Below are positions 61,141 through 64,000 of a stretch of 64,000 nt of DNA, one piece after another. The translations under genes and the position numbers were made by a program. The notes below the pieces were generated by a model that was not told the DNA's origin, made no database searches, and worked only from the letters and a program-made list of their open reading frames with translations. The DNA lies in the NCBI GenBank assembly GCA_965243165.1, contig OZ251535.1, forward strand, positions 1,602,246 through 1,666,245. Direction: 5' to 3'. The DNA is from Candidatus Spongiisociaceae bacterium (GTDB lineage Bacteria > Actinomycetota > Acidimicrobiia > Spongiisociales > Spongiisociaceae). Each line of letters begins with the position of its first letter. The stretch's first letter is position 1.

Positions 61141-61470
61141 CCCCGACAAGAACCTCGTGCAATCATGATGGCTCGAAGTTCGATTCCAATTCCAACCCAA
61201 ACGCCCCCAAGTCCGCGAAAATCGGCCCCTCCCCGCCGGCAAACCCGGGCCCATCCCCCGCCGCCGCCTCCTTGAACGAAAATCCGCCGGGCCGTACGAG
61301 GCCGCCTCCGGCCCGACGGGGCCGGAACGAACGGAATGCCGTTTCTGACCGCCGCCCTCTCCAGAACTCGCGGCGGTGTTTGTGCTTCAGCCCAATAGGT
61401 ATACCAAAATTCGGGGCTTCCGTATAGAGGTATGTTCGGAGAAGATTTCGCGGACTCGACCGCTTCGATC
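61141..61470 (-). repeat. Inverted copy of the ~300-bp non-coding repeat element, in the divergent plsB-like/dtd intergenic region
   Basis: Reverse-complement alignment with 46928-47225 and with window bases 1-50. Confidence 0.7.
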
Positions 61471-61625
61471 CTCCGGCCTCGCTCGGAGGTGCCCCAAATC
61501 CAGGGAGGGCAGGCTCGGAAGCGGCGTTCATGACGGCCTCTGCCGCACGCCTCGCCCCAACCGCTCATCTCGGCAGCGAGCGGCAATGCCTTGCCTTACG
61601 GGCGGGCGAGGGTAGGTTTGACCTC

Positions 61626-62081
61626 ATGCGGGCGCTCATCCAGCGGGTAGATCATGCTTCGGTGTCGGTGGACGGCGAGGTGACGGGCCGGGTGGGGAAC
61701 GGTCTGCTGGTTCTGGTGGGGGCGGGCCGGGCGGATACCGAAACCGACGCCCGCGCTCTGGCCGCCAAGGTGGCGGGGCTGCGCATCTTCCCCGACGACG
61801 GCGGAAGGTTCAACCTGTCCCTGCGGGACGTTGGGGGCGCAGTGCTGGTGGTCAGCCAGTTCACCCTGTACGCCGACGTGCGCCGGGGCCGCCGCCCCAG
61901 CTTCACCGGGGCGGCCCGCCCGGAGCAGGCCGAACGCCTGGTGGACGAGTTCGCCCGGGCGGTCGAGGCGGAAGGCGTCGAGGTGGCCGAGGGCCGGTTC
62001 GGCGCCATGATGCAGGTAGACCTCCGCAACAACGGCCCCTTCACCCTCATGGTCGAGACCGTGGACGGCCGGGTTGTATGA
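61626..62081 (+). CDS. dtd: D-aminoacyl-tRNA deacylase
   Basis: N terminus MRALIQRV. Motifs SQFTL and NGPFT. Confidence 0.9.
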   Translation: MRALIQRVDHASVSVDGEVTGRVGNGLLVLVGAGRADTETDARALAAKVAGLRIFPDDGGRFNLSLRDVGGAVLVVSQFTLYADVRRGRRPSFTGAARPEQAERLVDEFARAVEAEGVEVAEGRFGAMMQVDLRNNGPFTLMVETVDGRVV

Positions 62082-62301
62082 ACCTGCCGCAGCCTGGGCT
62101 TTCACATCCGATTTGCCCGCCTTCCCCGTTCTGATATGTGCAACCTGTCGAATCTGTCATACCCCCCTCGTACCTTGAACATGGTGAAACTACGACCCCG
62201 CCCTCCAAGTCTGGGGCGGCTTCCAGGCTGGGGCCGAAGTCGGTGATGTGTCCGCCGCGGGTGATATCGTCCCTGCCGGGCGCCGCAGGAAAGGAGAGGC
62301 C

Positions 62302-64000
62302 GTGAAAGAAGTGTCCTTCAACGAGAGGTTCGCGGACGCCCTGCGGATCGCGTCCGGTTGGGATGACAGCTGGATCGTGAAGGACAGCGCCGATGTGGGG
62401 CTGTTCGTCGAGGAACGCAGATCTCCTGACGTGTTGCTGATCTTGCCCAACTCACCTCCGATAGTGGTCGAATGCAAGTTCGATGACGGGTCGGGCGACC
62501 CGGTGGAAGACGCCAAGAAAGAATTGGGGCTCACCATTTCCCAGGCGGGGGCGGGCGCATCCGGACGGAATATCCACGCCGCGGCGGCGGTGTATTACCC
62601 GCCGGGAGCCCGACAATGGGGAGATCAGGAAGTCGTAGCCAGGTTCGTTGACAGCGGCGAGCAAGTGCGGTGGAAGTTCATCTCGGGAAGAGGCGCCGAC
62701 TACTGCGCTCTCTGGCCCGAGCGGGGCTGGTTGACCGGTTCTGTATTCGACTTTGCTGACAGTATCGCTAAAACGGCGACAGACGCCGAGATAATTGATT
62801 TGGCCGCCGGGGGCGCCGCGAGCTGCATCTTGGCGGCGGCGGCTTCGCTCGATGCGGTGCTGGGCAACCACCCCGCCGAGAAGGAACGGATCAGCGCTCT
62901 GATGGGTTCACCGGACGATATCAGAATCGGATTGCAGGTGGCGTGTCTGGTGTGGTTCGATTCGATGCTCATCTTGAACGAACTGGGGAGAAGAAACCCG
63001 CGATTCGGCAGCACCGCATCCTGCCGGGATGAGGTCGGCAAAATCTTCGCTCAGAAGATAAAGGAAGAGTGGGGAAAGGTGCTCGCGGTCAACTATGACT
63101 CGGTGTTCCGCCCTGCCTTCGATGCGTTTCCTCAGGTTTTGCCGCCGGCCTCCTTCTGTGACACCTTTACAACCCTCGCGAACGCGGTCGACGAGGCAGA
63201 ACAATACTTGCTGGGAGAAACTGCGGACTTGGCGGGGGGAATCTTCGCCCGAGTCATGGACGACGGGCAGCGGAAGAACTCGGCTGCTTTCTACACCCGC
63301 CCCGAAGCGGCTGAATATCTGACCTATCTTACCCTTCCTGATGTTGCGGAACTTTCCGATGATTGGCGGAGTTGGAGGATCGCCGACTTCGCCTGCGGGA
63401 CAGGCACCCTCCTGCGGGCGGGGTACCGGCGGCTGCAACAGTTCGCATCCGGCCGCGGGGCGCCGCTCGACGCCTACCACCGAGCGATGATAGAGGAGGG
63501 GTTGTGCGGGGTGGATGTTGCCCCTATCGCTGTCCACCTCACCGCCGCCGGGATCGTGGGCCTGCGGCCGGAAGTCGATTACAACCCGACCAACATCGGG
63601 CTGGCGAGGATCGGAGCAACAGACGGAGGGAACGGTGGGGTCTTTACCGGGTCGGTCGAGCTGTTGGGGGAGCATGAAACTCGGCTGTTCACCGACAACT
63701 ACGACACCCAGAAGGGGACGGAGATTGAGAACGGCCAGGGCGTTTCCGTCTTGGCAGCCGAAGACGGCTCCTTCGACGCGGTGTTGATGAACCCCCCTTA
63801 CTCCCGGACCGGCGGGGGGCAGAAGCTGTTCGACCTGTCGGGCATTTCCCCCTCGGACCGGCGGGCGGCGCAGAAGCGGGTCTGGAAGCTGGCCCAAGGC
63901 ACCTGCGGTGACGGCAATGCCGGTTTGGCTTCGGTGTTCGCGGCGATAGGCGACCGCAAGCTCAAAGACGAGATGCGCATGGGTCTGGTGCTCCCGTTGA
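62302..64000 (+). CDS. Type IIG/IIL restriction-modification enzyme, 3'-truncated by the window end. N-terminal PD-(D/E)xK endonuclease and gamma-class N6-adenine methyltransferase (MmeI/BREX-PglX-like). Not in the supplied ORF track
   Basis: Open frame from a GTG at 62302 (RBS aggaaaggagagg) to the window end, with no stop over >560 codons. Endonuclease motif PD...VVECK. MTase motif I DFACGTGTLL. MTase motif IV VLMNPPY. GC is slightly below the flanks. Confidence 0.65.
   Translation, partial: MKEVSFNERFADALRIASGWDDSWIVKDSADVGLFVEERRSPDVLLILPNSPPIVVECKFDDGSGDPVEDAKKELGLTISQAGAGASGRNIHAAAAVYYPPGARQWGDQEVVARFVDSGEQVRWKFISGRGADYCALWPERGWLTGSVFDFADSIAKTATDAEIIDLAAGGAASCILAAAASLDAVLGNHPAEKERISALMGSPDDIRIGLQVACLVWFDSMLILNELGRRNPRFGSTASCRDEVGKIFAQKIKEEWGKVLAVNYDSVFRPAFDAFPQVLPPASFCDTFTTLANAVDEAEQYLLGETADLAGGIFARVMDDGQRKNSAAFYTRPEAAEYLTYLTLPDVAELSDDWRSWRIADFACGTGTLLRAGYRRLQQFASGRGAPLDAYHRAMIEEGLCGVDVAPIAVHLTAAGIVGLRPEVDYNPTNIGLARIGATDGGNGGVFTGSVELLGEHETRLFTDNYDTQKGTEIENGQGVSVLAAEDGSFDAVLMNPPYSRTGGGQKLFDLSGISPSDRRAAQKRVWKLAQGTCGDGNAGLASVFAAIGDRKLKDEMRMGLVLPL

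Noticed and set aside
61141-61200. tRNA-like T-arm sequence (ggctcgaagttcgattcc / ggaatcgaacttcga) inside the repeat element
   Set aside because: Could not fold a cloverleaf: no acceptor or anticodon stems, and no CCA-proximal pairing. The similarity to GTTCGAATCC is probably chance or a relic.

Overview
High-GC (about 68-70% by eye) actinobacteria-like chromosomal segment. Housekeeping genes are interleaved with several lower-GC or mosaic insertions. Conventional content: a ribose-type sugar ABC transporter (1-3.3 kb), a complete pstSCAB-phoU-regX3/senX3-like phosphate operon (29.4-36.5 kb), deoD, an IclR regulator, FadD, a 2-hydroxyacid dehydrogenase, thiamine pyrophosphokinase, a TolB-like propeller lipoprotein, NfuA, malic enzyme, PolX, DksA/TraR, LspA, RluA-type pseudouridine synthase, a DUF2339 membrane protein, a GntR regulator, PDH-type E1 alpha/beta, a PlsB-like acyltransferase and Dtd. 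Unusual content, in window order. (i) A six-gene minus-strand partner-switching operon (two STAS proteins, an RsbW-like kinase, a response-regulator-PP2C phosphatase, a Liv-type solute-binding protein and a large periplasmic-sensing histidine kinase). (ii) A roughly 2-kb low-GC island with an AAA_21-type ATPase plus a small PD-(D/E)xK-like partner; this is a candidate two-gene defence module. (iii) A roughly 4.5-kb low-GC island occupied by one 1483-aa protein that fuses an N-terminal MORC/sacsin-type GHKL ATPase to a C-terminal DEAH SF2 helicase. (iv) Two paralogous low-GC cassettes (40.4-44.4 kb and 50.5-55.3 kb). Each encodes a secreted S1 (alpha-lytic/streptogrisin-like) serine protease, a tandem-RDD membrane protein and one or two proteins in which a copy of the protease pro-region is fused to an RDD membrane anchor. 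The cassettes share a conserved promoter region with a GntR-type palindrome, lie next to a GntR gene, and show mosaic duplication/deletion and a polX 3'-end duplication at the insertion site. This is my best candidate for an undescribed system. (v) A roughly 300-bp non-coding repeat family present three times (a partial copy at the window start plus an inverted pair 14 kb apart). (vi) A 3'-truncated type IIG/IIL restriction-modification enzyme ORF running off the window end that is absent from the ORF track. Many long ORFs in the track are high-GC antisense or out-of-frame artefacts and were not annotated.
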